The notes under the pieces were generated by a model. It had not been told where the DNA came from and made no database searches. It saw only the letters and a program-made list of their open reading frames with translations. Positions 27,243-40,838 of a stretch of 64,000 bases of DNA are shown piece by piece; the stretch's first letter is position 1; each line of letters starts with the position of its first letter. Position numbers and translations under genes: made by a program. The stretch is from Felis catus (Eukaryota). Where the stretch lies: contig NC_058368.1 of assembly GCF_018350175.1 (NCBI RefSeq), forward strand, positions 143,408,001 through 143,472,000, given 5' to 3'.

Positions 27243-27750
27243 TTCATTCTTTCAACAAATGTTGATTGATTGATTGATTGATTGATTGATTATGATGTGC
27301 CGGACACTTTCTAGGCACAAAGGATAGAGCAGCGGACAAAATGAACAAAGTTTCTGTCTTCCTGAGAGTGACTTTCCAGTCTGGGGAGACAAATAAACAA
27401 ATACGAAAAATGTCAGGTGGCAACAAGTGGTATGAGAACACGTGTAGCAGGATAAGGGTTTCGCTGCTTTGGAGAAGGTGGTGAGGAAGGCTTTCCCGAT
27501 AAGGTGACATTTGAGCGGAGACTGAAGGAATGAGGGTTCTAGGCAAAGGGAAGAGCTGGTGTCAGGGCTCTGAGGCAGGAATATGTGTGGCTGATTTGAG
27601 GACACAAGGAGGTTGGGTTGCTGGAGCAGAGTAAGTCATGAGAGTGGAGAGGTGGAAAGGGAGTCTGAGAGGTAGTTGGGTTGCAGATCAGGTAGCATTT
27701 TGCAGGCCATAGTAAGGACTTCACATTTTATTCTGAGTGAAAAAGGAAGC
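27243..27750 (-). mobile_element. LINE-2 3' end with internal (GATT)n expansion
   Basis: ttcattctttcaacaaatg terminus and typical L2a body; (gatt)7 at ~27263-27291. Confidence 0.75.
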
Positions 27751-28815
27751 TGGGTTCAGTCTACCAAATCACTCAAGGTTTAAAACAAACAAACAAGAAA
27801 AACATGGTGGTTGCGGTATTCCATTAAATAGTAAGGGCCCATACATTCATATACTCATTGATATTTATTGGACACCGACTATATGCCAAACACTGTGCTA
27901 AATGTTTCAAATTCACGGTGTCCTGTATGGTGGGAAATATGTAAATGTGCATTCATTATTTCTGCATTTTTTCTGACTGCAGAGCAGTGAAGCAGGACTC
28001 TTTTAGTCTTTCTGACAGATCACTTAGAAATTTTTCAGTATTTTTGCTTTGGATCATTTTCTGTTGTTCAGTTTTAATTTCTCTGTTTAAGCACAAAGGA
28101 TTTTTGCCACAGCAGTACCCAAAACCTAAAAATCCTCTTGAATTGCAGTTTTGCCAGTGTCTGTATAAAAATAGGTCTGTGTAAGCTGATAGAATTAAAA
28201 TTATTAGTGACATTTACATTTAAGTAATCATTGTAAGAAACAAAACTTTTGGAAGGTGAAGGGAGTTTGTAAGTGGTTTTTGTTATCAGTACGGAGCACT
28301 CTGTTTCCATGTATCTATTTATATGATGGCTCCCACTGCTGTGCTTACCCAGGTGTTTTGACAAGTGTGTCATTTGAGCCAGCCCTCTTTTGAGGTCAGT
28401 GGAAAGAGCTGCGAGGGGAGGGGTGACTGCTCAGGATGCCAGAGACGGAGGGAGGAGAGAGGATAAAACAGGCGCTTGGAGCCAGAAACTGAAGAGCTAT
28501 TTAAGTGTTGGCTGCATGAGCATTACATGCCCTTGGTTAGACTTTGACTCAATATAAGGAATACAGCAAGAGTTGTTGTTGTTGTTGTTTTTAAACAGCA
28601 AACCTACTAATGTGTATGACATATTGACTGTAGAATTTTACAAAAACAAAAGAAATGTATCCATTTCCTGGATATTCTGAATCTGGGCTTAGTGAAAACC
28701 TTGACTCAGTGCAGACAATATAGCCAAATTCCCCTTCCAACCAAGAAAACTTAGAGAATCAGGTATAAGAGACGGGATGTGGTCTGTACCTGAAATAGTA
28801 ATCTTTGGCTTAGTC

Positions 28816-29125
28816 CAGCATTCTCCAGTAGACATATAATGTGAGCCACATATGTAATTTAAAATTTTCTAATAGCCACCTTAAAGTCAAAAGAAACAGG
28901 TGAAATTAATTTTACTTTATTTTATTCAACCTAATATACAAGTTATTATCATTTCAACATGCCATCAATATAACATTATTACTGGTATATTTTACATGTT
29001 TTTATGATAAGCCTTTAGATTTGATGTGTATTTTACTTTCACAATGCGTCTCAATTGTTCCCCCCCCAGCTACATTTCAAGTATTCAGTAACCACATGTG
29101 GTTAGTAGCTGCTGTGTTAGTGCAG
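28816..29125. mobile_element. MER33-like hAT-Charlie MITE
   Basis: ataatgtgagccacatatgtaatttaaaattttctaatagccac ... ctacatttcaagtattcagtaaccacatgtggttagtagct matches recalled MER33. Confidence 0.8.
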
Positions 29126-30223
29126 GCCTGATAATACCTGGACATCCATTAGCTTCCCTGGAATCCACAGAACTGCCACTAAAGTTGCATATGTGTATAC
29201 AACCTTAGACACTAGGAACATAAAGGTGATTGCATGGCACAGTTCTTTCTCTCAAGGAGCTCACAGTCTGGCACGGGGAAGCAGTTAGCTCCAACATAAT
29301 GTCATAATGTCATAAGCACTACACTAAGGATATTAACAAAGGAATAGAGAAAAGACATATATTCTTCTTAAAATGAGACTTAAAAGGTTTTGCAGAGGTA
29401 ACGCCACAGCTGGGCAAAAAGATATTTCAAGTACAATATGCGGTTAGATACTGCCTTAGACCCTAGTTCCAGCTCTCGTGCTGCTAATTGCTCCTCTGCC
29501 TAAGCTTTCTTTTTCTCACCCACCCAGAAGCACTCAGCATTTCCAAGACTGAGGATATTTGTTGAATGAATGAGTGAGTGGCATGAATAACTGAATGAAT
29601 GAATAAGCAAGTGAATGTCAAGTCATCAGACTCCCATGAGAAGCAAATTTAGTTGGGATGTTGAACCTGTTAGGTTAGGTAGAATTGTGGTACCATTCAT
29701 TTACCAGGAACTGACAATATCCAGTGACTCTGGAAACACAGTAGCTTGGAGGGGACAGTGATAAGTACGAGGGATTGTTCAATTAGGATGTCTGCAGTCA
29801 TCATTCCCACCTTCTGTGACTTGTTGGAAAGCCTCCCCTAGGCTGACCCTCCAGCCAGATCATAGATGGGAGGATAAGAATAGGCTTTGCTTTTTGCCCA
29901 GAGAAAAGTCCTCTATTAAGGCAACTGGAGTGTATTCAGTTCCAAAATTCCACATCCTAATCTGATAAAGTCCAAGATATGTGGGAAGATTAAATGATGC
30001 TACTGTTGTCTTCCAAATTGAACAGCTCAGAGCCTTCTCATTGAGCCATTACTATGTTTTCTTAGTTTGCATATGCTTCTCTTTAAAAATAAATTCACAT
30101 GCTAAACACATTTACATTCACCACAAATTTCCTCTTAACGGCTGAATTCACTAGGGCACTTAAAATTGTTGATTTGTAAATAAGATTAATTTCCTCCTGT
30201 TATGACTTTGTTAAATTAACATT

Positions 30224-30726
30224 TGTTAAGTGGCGCCATAGGTGGTGCCAGATGGTGAGCCATAGTTTGACAAAAGACCACAAAAGAAATTGCAGTAGGC
30301 ATCTTTATTACTGACAAGCCCTGGAGGAAGTTCATAGCCACAGGGGAGGTGAAGGCAGAGTGAAGCAGAGAGAAAGCCAAGACCCAGGACACATGCCTTT
30401 ATTAGGATGAGTGGAGGGCTCTGGGTTTCCTGGGCTATGACTAGATCAGTCAATTTGAACTAAAATTAGTGGGGTTTTGGTAAGTTCCACTGCGGTCTTA
30501 TCTAGGGGAGGCACTGAAGGTGGGGGAGACTGTTGATCACAAGAACTGTCGGGGAAGTCATATCAGGAACTTCCAATGGCACGTGACTCTTCAGACTGTT
30601 ACCTAGGATATGTGCTTGCATGAGGGAGGCTGGTCAGCTTAAGGCTCCCGCAGGGTAGCCACTTGACCAAACAAAATGGATGCCGAGGCCCCAATACCAT
30701 GGAGTAGCTTAGCTAAGCTCATGACA
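30224..30726 (-). mobile_element. Probable old solo LTR (family not assigned)
   Basis: ~500-bp GC-elevated block bounded by TGT...ACA, with reverse-strand AATAAA ~80 nt from one end; no clear TSD. Confidence 0.4.
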
Positions 30727-31772
30727 CCTTCACTTTCAGGAATGTCCGTACTATAAGAAAAGAGGCTCATTCATTCAACAGAAAATTATTGAGGACCTAC
30801 TTAGAATGAGTGAACAAAACAACTCCTTATCTTTAGAGTTTAGTCTCTGGAGAGGGCAGCCAGTAAACAAGCAACCTCACCTGTAATTAGTTGAATCGAA
30901 TGCTTTAGTGAAATGAATTGGGCCTGGGGAGCTGCGGCTGCTAGCTGGGGTTCTGCCCATCAAGTCTCAGAGTCTTTGTGTCAGTCCCTGGATCCACCTT
31001 GCTAGCACTTCTCTTTCTGTCTACAGAAAAAGATTTCAGTGTCCTGTGGCCCAAGGCTGGCAGGAAAGCCTGGCTGCTGATGGCACTTAACCTTGATGGG
31101 GCCTTAGCTTCATTTCCCTGACTTCTGTTTCTGATGAGTGAACAGAGACCCAGAGAAGGGAAGCGAAACCAGTATTGACTCAAGGAACAGTTGGTCTATC
31201 CCTTGCACTGTCACGTGTTATTTTGAGTTATTTTCTCAATAACTCTGTGATATAGGCATTGTTTTCATCTCCGTTTATGAAAGAGAAAATGGAGGCTTAG
31301 CAATACTGAGTAATTTATCTAATGTCAGACAGCTCGTAAGTGTGCTAGGGTTCTAACCCTAGCCTAATGGTTCTCATGAGTTCAGTGCTCACCTCAAGAT
31401 GTATGTCTGTATACACAGTGGACACATATCTGGTCTTTATTAGCTAATTTCTTTTTTATTTGAGTATAAATTAGTTTTTTAAAAATAACTATTTTAATTT
31501 ACTTCTACCTTTAAAAGCAAAGCATAAAAGACCCAGAAAATCTGCATAATAGCTAATCCTGACCAGCCCCTTAGCATATTAAGTTTCCTAGTGATAGGGG
31601 AAGTAGATCTTATGTTTAAAAATAGACATTAGGCAATCTAGTGTGATTGAATTTTCATAAGGTCAAACATAGCAACACCAAAATAACTTCTCTACATGCT
31701 CTATGGGATCATGTGATAAATGTTTAATAGATAATTACTGTAATACCTTTGTTTAAAAGAATTTGTATTGGA

Positions 31773-32010
31773 GGAGCACCTGGGTGGCTCCGTCAGTTAA
31801 GTGTCCGACTTGGGCTCAGGGCATGATCTCGCGGTTTGTGAGTTCGAGTCCCGCATCGGGCTATGTGCTGACAGCTCAGAGCCTGGAGCCTGCTTCAGAT
31901 TCTGTGTCTCCCTCTCTCTCTGCCCCTCCCCTGCTCACGCTCTCTCTCTGTCTTTCAATAATAAATAAACGTTAAAAAAAATAATTAAAAAAATCATTTA
32001 ATAAAAAAAA
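31773..32010 (+). mobile_element. SINEC_Fc SINE
   Basis: Full head, body and A tail. Confidence 0.92.
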
Positions 32011-33174
32011 AAATCATCTTGTTCCTGGGTGCCAAGACAAGGGCATGGAACATGAGAGGTGACAAGTGGTCTTTGAATTTGGCAAAAATGCAGGTCAACA
32101 GAGATAGATTAAGGACAGAAATGCTACCACCTGTGAGAAGGTTAAAAGTTGAAACCTTTCAGCATCTGTTTTAGGTTGGATTCCCTTTTGAACAAGTCCC
32201 TTCAAATACAGGACCTTACAACACTTTGCTGGGAAGAAGAGGGCACCAGAAAGGGGAAGGTGGGTTCTTAGGAGTAAGAGGGCACCAAAGGCCCACCGAA
32301 GTGACAATTATGCTTCCTCGGTCCTGCTCAGAGGAGTGAGTTAAGGAGATTACCCAGGACACTGCAGAAAACCACTTTCTCCAAGACCTCGGCCTCAGAT
32401 CACTCATTAGTCAGGGAGGGAGGGATATTCTTCTGACTCCCTGACTCCAAGAATCCAGGATACAAAAAGAGGGGTGGGAAGGCAACATACACAAAGTTGG
32501 CAGTGCTGATATATGAACCAAAATCACCTGATAATAAAATGTATAGTTAAATTGGCTGATAGGATTCCTACTCCATTTACATACTTTGGAAGAAAATCCC
32601 CAGATACTGACCTAGTTGGCAGGAGATGCAGGGTAACACAGCCTCTGTGGCTGCAGGACCAAGGCAGAGAGGTGTTTGCCTGCACCAAAAACTGGGGCCT
32701 TATGATCTGAATAACTTAGGAGAATCAATGGCCTACTTAATCTTAGAAGAAAATGGCAAGAAGTGGCAACCATTTCTTAGAGCTTTCTTTCCATTTCTCT
32801 CTGCTCCAGTTCTTACCTGCTGCTCAAACTGCCAGAGTTTCCACCTGTCAATCCCACAAGTTCCCTTGGACTGAGTTTGCATAGTTTAAGAGTTAAGAAT
32901 CACAAATTCAGAAACCCAGGCTTTAGTAACAACATTCCCTCTGAACAGCCTTCCATTTGCCAGGAAATTCTCATGTAAGTGATTTTCTCCAGGTAAGGGG
33001 AACTGCCTTGGGTTCCAGAGTCAGGGTCAGTTAGCTTTGGAGTTGCATAGCAAGCTGTGACCAATTGAAGCAGAAAGTGACCCTATTCGCTGGATATTGG
33101 TAGTTGAGAAAATCAGAAAAGAGAGTTTAGATGGCCAGGAACAACCCTTAAAACCATGCTTCAAAACTGGTCTG

Positions 33175-34045
33175 AACTATGCAACTCAATTATAAAAAAA
33201 CAAATAGCTTAATTTTAAAATGGGCAAAGGATCTGAATAGACACTTCTCCAAAGAAGATATTCAAATGTCCAATGAGCCCATGAAAAAAGTGTTCAATAT
33301 CATTAGCCATCAGGGAAGTGCAAATGAAAACCACAAGATACCACTTCATACCTACTAAAGTAACTCTAACCAAAAAGACAATAACAAGTGTTGGTGAAGA
33401 TATGGGAAAATCAGAATCCTCATACACTGCTGGTGGGAGCGTAAAATGATACAACTGCTTTGGAAGACAATCTGGTAGTTCCTCTAACTCTCTTAAACAT
33501 AGAGTTACCATATGACCCAGCAATTCCACTCCTAGGTATACACCCAAGAGAAATGAACAGATACATCCACATAAAAACTTGTTGACGTGTTCATAGCAGC
33601 TCTATTCATAAGAGCCAAAAAGTGGAAATGACTGAAATGTCCATCAACAATGAATGGATAAAGAAAGTATGATATGGGATATTATTTGGCCACAAAAAAG
33701 GAATGAAGTATTGATTTGTGTTACAAGATGGATGAACCTTGAAAACAGTATGCTTAGGGAAAGAAGACAGACATAAAGGACCGCATACTGTATACTTCCA
33801 CGTCTATGAAATGTCAAGAAGAGACAAATCTGTGGAGATGGAAAGGATATTAATGGTTGCCTAGAGCTGGGAGAGAGATGGGGAAAAGATTGGGGGATGA
33901 TGCTTAAGAGTGTGGGATATATTTTTGGGCTGAGAATTTTCTAAAATCGATTGTGGTGAGGTTTGCACAACCCTATAAATATACTAAAAGCCAATGAATT
34001 GTACGCTTTAGGTGGGTAACTTGTATATGAATTATATCTCAATAA
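33175..34045 (+). mobile_element. Ancient L1M (L1MB-like) 3' fragment
   Basis: aaaatgggcaaaggatctgaatagacacttctcc ... gacccagcaattccactcctaggtata ... tatctcaataaa. Confidence 0.88.
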
Positions 34046-37000
34046 ATTGGTTTGTTTTTTTAAAGTTCTTGGGTAAGGAGATGGTTGCCATTATTACTGG
34101 GCACTAGATGTCACAATTTGTACTGTTGCCACTTTCATACCAGTAACTCAGGATTGCAACAACTGCTACCCCCAGAGAAAATGACGATCTCTACCATTTA
34201 TTTCATTCATCAGTGGCTCTCAAGTCGGTCTGGAATGGGTGTGAAGATCATCATGGGGAGAATATCTGGCATTGTCACCTTTAGGACCCACAAGGTGAAT
34301 TCACCAAATGGGAAGAGAGGTCAGATGCTAGACAGTCCAAAGGAAGTCAGATGTCTACTGGAACAGCATGAGACACTGGACTAAGATTTCTTCAGGTTTT
34401 GTTACCTGATCCTCAGAATGTTGAATACATGATGTGTGAGATTTTACTTTTTCTATGGATGGACAATGCTTTATTTAAACAGTGAAACAGGTCAAATAGT
34501 TAATATAATAGGAATAATAATAAATAATTAATAAATAAAAATAATAGGCATTTATTCGGAAATACAACACAGAGCAATGACCGAGTACAACCATATGAGG
34601 TTGAAGTACCCTTTCCCATTAAATATCAGTTGACTCTGACTATCACTGTTTATTCTAGCTTTGACTTTGCATTTTATGATAGTAACAAGTCTTTAATTTA
34701 GGCCTCACTGTAACCTGTCTTGCACATCTTGGTATCTCTGCTTTGGGGTTTCAAAGCTCTATTGAAATCTATCTGTTGCCATTAATTATCTGTTTGCCAT
34801 TATTAGAAAGTTAATTGCCTTTTAATTCTTTTAGTCTATATACCTAGGTCAGTCCTCCTTTGGGGAATTATGCTTCAACTCACAAGGTGGGCTACTATGA
34901 CCCTGACCAAGGGGAGAAATGAGACTCAGATTCTCTTTTCTGGTTACTTGGAAATGGAGACACTGATTCTACTTAGTTTTAGAAACAAAAGGTTGGGGTT
35001 CAGGTCTCAACTTTTTGGAGATCTATTCCACTTTATTTTGATCTTTTTAATAATATCTTGGCTTTTATGTTTTTAAAAAATTGGTAGCTAATTTTCCTAT
35101 TAGTCAAAATTTCTAAATTTATTTCTATAAACTGTCCAAGAAGAAATTAGCTAAAATTGCTGAGCATAACTTGGGGTCTGAGTTGGTATCCAGAAAAAAA
35201 AAATGCAATTTAGAACTAAATAAAGCCTATCCGTCAAGGTAGGGAGCCCAGAGTATAGGAGATGGGTGGGGAGAAGATCCCATATAGATGGGAAGGGTAG
35301 AACTCTGAGTGTAGGATCACCCAAGTGGGTTTCTAAAACCTTGGAACAGTCCACTCAAAATAGAGCCCAAACAGGGAATGTTTCAGTCTCAGAATTCTGT
35401 AAGCACACCTATTGTCTACCTAGGTGTAAGAGGGTGAAAGCCCTCTGAATCTATCCTGTCACTCAGGAAGGCCTCCATCCTTCATCAAGGCAGGTCATGC
35501 CATCTGCCAGAGGTGAGATTGTATTGCTTTCCCCGCCCTTTCCCTGTGTTCCCTGGAATATAGAGGTGTTGAAGGAGGGAGAAGCAATAAAACACCTTTT
35601 CAGAAAGCCAGGATCCTCTGCTTTTGTTTTTGGTTTATGTCTTAATCTTCTTGGGAAATAACTGTTAGGAAACCTAAGAACTCCAAGACAATCATGTAGA
35701 CTCTGGGATTGAAGGTACCGTTTGGTAGCAACCGTGTTGGGCCATGTGCAAGAGAAACTGAGGAAGCCATGCTAAAGGAGAGAGAGACAGAGGGACAAGA
35801 TTCATGATGGATTTCCTCTTTCCTCTTCCCTGTGAGGCCTGGATACATCTGCCCTTGGATTCCATGAGAAATCTCTGTTTCCTTCAGATAAGTCCTATTT
35901 AAGTACTTTTTCAAAGCTAGCTTGAGAGAATTTGTTCCTTGCACAAGAGTGTTTTAATCTCTTCTTAACATTTCTAGCAGCTATTTTTTTTCTCTTGCAG
36001 ACCTTGGCTCCATATGTGCCCTTCCTCAGAGCTAGCCAAAAGAACCCCTTAAGGTGGAGTCATGCCCCACTTTTCCAGAAATGCTTATTTCCCCCAATCA
36101 GGAATCTTTTGGACATCAATGGCTACAGTATTGAAACCCATTTGACCATGAAGTCCATTCAACCTTCATCAGTACAACTTACTCCAGCAAAATTTTAAAA
36201 GCCTGCTTCAGACCTGGAGAAACTCATCCTTCCCATTCACATGCCTCCCTATTGCAAATATGTTAACTCTGTTGAACACAGGGTTATGGACCTAACACCA
36301 ACTCTAGCACATACCATCCAGGCGCTGGTAGCAAAACATTCATGATCAATCTCGGATTGACCTCAAGAGTCAGAGTCCCAGACTGTCTTTGAGTCTCTCC
36401 TGGAGAGTTGTTAAAGCCTTAGCAGAAGTTCTCCAGTATATACTGGTGAGAGGTGCATGACCTCTTTGAGCCTCACACTCTGAAAGTTGTGGGTATGGGG
36501 AGGAGTAAGTGAAAATATGAACGCACCAGCATATCACATGCTCCTAGAACAGAGTAGAGTGTGAAGGGGTGTCCATTCTTCCCCCTGCCTCCCTTCAGTA
36601 TGATCTGTCAGGACCCCTTGACTCGAGCAGTTTTACGGGACCATGCTGCCGTCTAGCAATGCTGCTCTCCAGTGCCCACTCCTCACCTACACCTTAATTG
36701 GGTGTACTCCCAGTTGTACAAATAACTCTCCTTGATTGGTGCTTTGTTTTTTGACTTAAAACTGACAGTGAACTTCAGTCTGGACTACACCTATTTCATT
36801 AGTGTCTTTTTCTCATTTCCTCAGGGGGTCAGAAAATGTCAAAAGCTTTCTTGTTAGAAAAGTATTTGAATACATCTCAGGGTTTCATCAAAATGTACTA
36901 GTCCTAAAGCTCCCTGCAATAATTGTGAGCTCCAAGTCAGAATAGAGCCAGGGATGATGTCCCTGCAGCCACTGGGATGTACAGTTGGAACAGCTCTGTC

Positions 37001-38109
37001 AGCACAGTTTGGTGAATGGCTTTTCTCTCAATTTAGGTTTCAACACGATCATGGCATTCTAAAAAGGATTTCATTCTTCATTTCTGTTTTGTTTAGGGTC
37101 TGTGTGTAATTTTTCTTTGGAACACATAGCACACACTCGTAGATGTTGACTGAGAGCATAAGTAACGATTGAGCAATGCAGGGAACAATAACCAGAAAAC
37201 TCATCAATTTTGCTTTGTTACACTTTACAGAGGTAATCATTGTTAGAGAGATGCCTTCTCTCTTTACTATTTATAGTGTTATGAATCAATCAAAATGGAT
37301 TTGTAGATCCTTAAAGTCTGGACTTTACAAGGTTAATTCAACATCAGAAAGGAAAAGGCAGAGAACGAACATATGGAACACTTGTTAATTGCTAAGTATT
37401 GTACAAGGCATTTTACACATAGTGCAATGCAGCTGCCTTAGGAAATACATTATTAATTTCCATGTTAACTGATGATGACCTTCAAGCTTAGGAAAGATAG
37501 AAGAAGTAATTTGCCCAAGCTCATACAGCTAGTAAGTGATGAAGCCAGGATTTAAACGCAGATCTCTCTGGGATAAAAAATGTTATTTCTACCATTATCC
37601 CATCTGTCTGTATCGCATTGACTCAACGCTGTGGTATATACTAAGGTAATGAGACTTAGTTTGTGTTTGAAGAAACTTAATGTCAAATAGAAGATGCATA
37701 GTAAATACTAATTGTAATAATGCTAAATAGCAGTAAGTAAACACTGTGGTCGAATTATCAGAGAAGTACTCTGTGAGCAGAGAATTCCAATAAATCTCAA
37801 GTACTGTATTTCATCTGAGAGAGTGAGCTCACTAACAACTAGCTCAGTCACATTTTGATTTTCTAAAAACAACTCTCAAGACAGGGCTCACATGGTACAC
37901 TGTGTTGATAAGTGTGGGTAAGGACAGAAGGCTCTTGTACAGGCTGCTGATAGGAACACAGCAGGGATAAACCTTTCTGGAGGGAAAATTGGCAATATGT
38001 ATAAAAATCCTGAAAAACTAAGTTTGACCCTCAAATTCTACTTCCTAAGGTGTTATTCTAAGAAAACAAGTGTGCAGAAAGAGATATATTTGAGGATGTT
38101 GTCATAGCA

Positions 38110-38317
38110 TTTAAAAAAATTTTAAAGTTATTTATTTTGAGAGAGACAGAGCATGAGCCGGGGAGAGGCAGAGAGAGGGGGAGAGAGAGAATCCCAAGCA
38201 GACTCTGTGCTATCAGCCCAGAGCCCATTGTGGGGTTTGAACCCATGAACTGTTAGATCATGACCTGAGCCAAAACCAAGAGTGGATGCTTAACTGACTG
38301 AGCCACCCAGGCACCCC
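38110..38317 (-). mobile_element. SINEC (first of a tandem pair, inside an old L1 remnant at ~37880-38660)
   Basis: Reverse head agccacccaggcacccc and T-rich tail. Confidence 0.9.
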
Positions 38318-38336
38318 AACATTTTATTTTTATAAT

Positions 38337-38545
38337 TTTTTTAATGTTTATTTATTATTGAGAGACAGAGAGAGACAGAGAATGGGCATTGGAGGGGCAG
38401 AGAGAGGAGGAGACACAGAATCCGAAGCAGACTCAGGCTCTGAGCTGTCAGCACAGAGCCCAATGTGGGGCTCAAACTTACAAACCACAAGATCATGACC
38501 TGAGCCGAAGTCAGACGCTTAACTGACTGAGCCACCCAGGTGCCC
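38337..38545 (-). mobile_element. SINEC_Fc (second of the tandem pair)
   Basis: Reverse head gccacccaggtgccc; flanks cattttatttttataat / catttt...ttataat. Confidence 0.9.
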
Positions 38546-38667
38546 ATCATTTTTTTTTTTTTATAATAGCAAAAACTTAGAAATAATCTAACTGTTTGAC
38601 AATAGGGTATGGGGTAAAGTGTTATATCCTGTGATAGAATGCCATGTTAACCATTAAAGCTATAGAC

Positions 38668-39283
38668 CAGTAGTAGCTTTGAAAGTTTGATCTCACAGGG
38701 TGTTCTCAAGATCAAAACTGTTTTCATTATAATACGAAGACATTTGCATTTTTCACTTCCATTCTCTCATTAAAGTGTAGAGTATGAAAAGTTCATTGGC
38801 AATTTTATTAGAATCCACATTGTAACTAATCTTTAAAACACTACCACTTGTCACTTTGAGTGTGGTTTAAAGAAAAATACCCACAATAATCTGAGAATTA
38901 CTCCTCTCTTTTTCCACTACCTATCTGTGTGAGGCTAGATTTTCTTCACATATTTCTTTTTTTTTTTAAGTAGGCTCCATGCCCAATGTGGGCTTGAACT
39001 CACACTCTGAGATTAAGAGTTGCACTCTCTACTGACTGAACCCACTAGGTGCTCCTTCTCATATACTTCTGCTAATGGAACATATCTACATTTTGCATGC
39101 AGAAGCAGATAAGAGAATTCAGCTGTCTTCTGTTAAGCCAAACATTAAAAATATTTGCAAAAATCTGGGGCACGTGGATGGCTCAGTTGGTTAAGCTTCT
39201 GACTCTTGATCTCATGGTTCCTGAGATTGAGCCCAAGACCCTGAATTAGGCTCTCTGCTGCTAGCACAGAGCCTGCTTGCATT

Positions 39284-39331
<48 letters not shown>

Positions 39332-39914
39332 CCCCTCCCTCCCTCCCTCCCTCTCTCTCCCCCTCCCTTTCTCTCTGCCCCTCCCCCACTCATTCTCTGT
39401 CTCTATCTTTCAAAATAAATAAATAAACTTTAAAAAAGTTTTTGCAAAAATCTAAAATAATGTCACTTTTATCACTAAATATTTTTGTTTACATTGAAAA
39501 ATAGAATTTTTTTTTGTAAAATATGTTACTGATGTTGACATGTAAGAGTTACCTTAATTAATTAATTAATTTTAATTTTAGAGAGAGAGTGCAAGTGGGG
39601 GAGAAGGGCGTGGGAGAGAGAGAGAATCTTAATCAGGCTCTACAATCAGCACAGAGTCTGACACAGGGCTCGATCCCACAACCCTGGGATCATGACCTGA
39701 GCAGAAATCAAGAGTTGGATGCTCTACTGATTGAACCACCAAGGCACCCCAGAGTTATTTGATCTTAAAATGAATTAATAAAAAAAATTTTTTTGTTAAT
39801 TGCTAATATTATAATTATCAAAAATACAGTCTACATAAACAAAAGCTTTTTGAAGTTCTCAGTAATTTTTAAGAGCATAAAGTGGTTTTGAGACCAAGAA
39901 CATTGAGAATAGCT
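38668..39914 (+). mobile_element. Charlie1-family hAT internal-deletion derivative containing three nested SINEs (~38955-39055 -, 39167-39439 +, ~39560-39750 -)
   Basis: ctacctatctgtgtgaggctagattttcttca and gcagaagcagataagagaattcagctgtcttc (hAT dimerisation-domain region); terminus ttgagaatagctg; the SINEs have their own TSDs (e.g. tttgcaaaaatct). Confidence 0.72.
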
Positions 39915-39996
39915 GTTGGAATAGAATATAGCATGGGAGAATGTTCAGAGTACATTTTTAAATTTAAAAAGCACGTTACAAAGCCTACCATTTGTG

Positions 39997-40034
39997 TAAA
40001 ACAAACAAACAAACAAACAAACAAACAAACAAAC
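39997..40034. repeat. (AAAC)n microsatellite
   Basis: Read directly, about 9 units. Confidence 0.92.
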
Positions 40035-40589
40035 AGAAAGACATCTCAGGATAGAAGAAGAATAAAAGAAATACACCAGTATATTAAAAGTAATCGTCTT
40101 TGAGTGTTGAGATTATTGATTAGTTTCATTTTCTTTTGTACTTTTCTGTTTTCCCACATTTTCTACAGTGAATTTATATTTGCAATTAGGAAAATTTTTT
40201 ATTTTTGAAGACAGAGCATCAAAATCTTGACTTTTTACCTGAATTCAAATGAAGAAAAGGGAGAAAAGTATTAGCAAATGTTGCCTATATTATGCTTTTT
40301 AAAACATTTTACTAAGATCTTTTTTTTTTTTTCTCTACTGGATTTTTCTTTCTCCTTTGTGGGTGATGTATAAGAGAATGTTATGGGAAATTCATCTTAA
40401 TTTTTAGAACTGCTAAAGATGTTTAAGTGCTTTAAAGTCTTATAAATATGATTTGTGGGGTGCAGAGTTTTACGTTAATCCTATTTATCCCAACATATCC
40501 ATATAGCCCCCATAAAAGCAAATTAAATGATTGAATCTATTTTTGCTGATTTCCAATTTTGAGATTCTACAGTCAGAAAAAAAAGACGA

Positions 40590-40838
40590 GGGATGCCTGG
40601 GTGGCTCGGTCAGTTAAGCATCTGACTTGGGCTCAGGTCATGATCTCACAGTCTGTGAGTTCGAGCCCCATGTCGGGCTCTGTGCTGACAGCACAGAGCC
40701 TGGAGCCTGCTTCCGATTCTGTGTCTCCCTCTCTCTCTGCCCCTCCCCCGCTCATGCTCTGTCTCTCTCTCAAAAATAAATAAACATTTAAAAAAAAAGT
40801 TTTAAATAGAAAATAAAAAAGATAATAAAAAAAGAAAC
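40590..40838 (+). mobile_element. SINEC_Fc SINE
   Basis: Full-length with long A-rich tail; TSD aaaaagacgag / aaaaagactag. Confidence 0.92.

Noticed and set aside
36433..36446. 14-bp perfect palindrome CCAGTATATACTGG
   Set aside because: A few such palindromes are expected by chance in 64 kb; no supporting context
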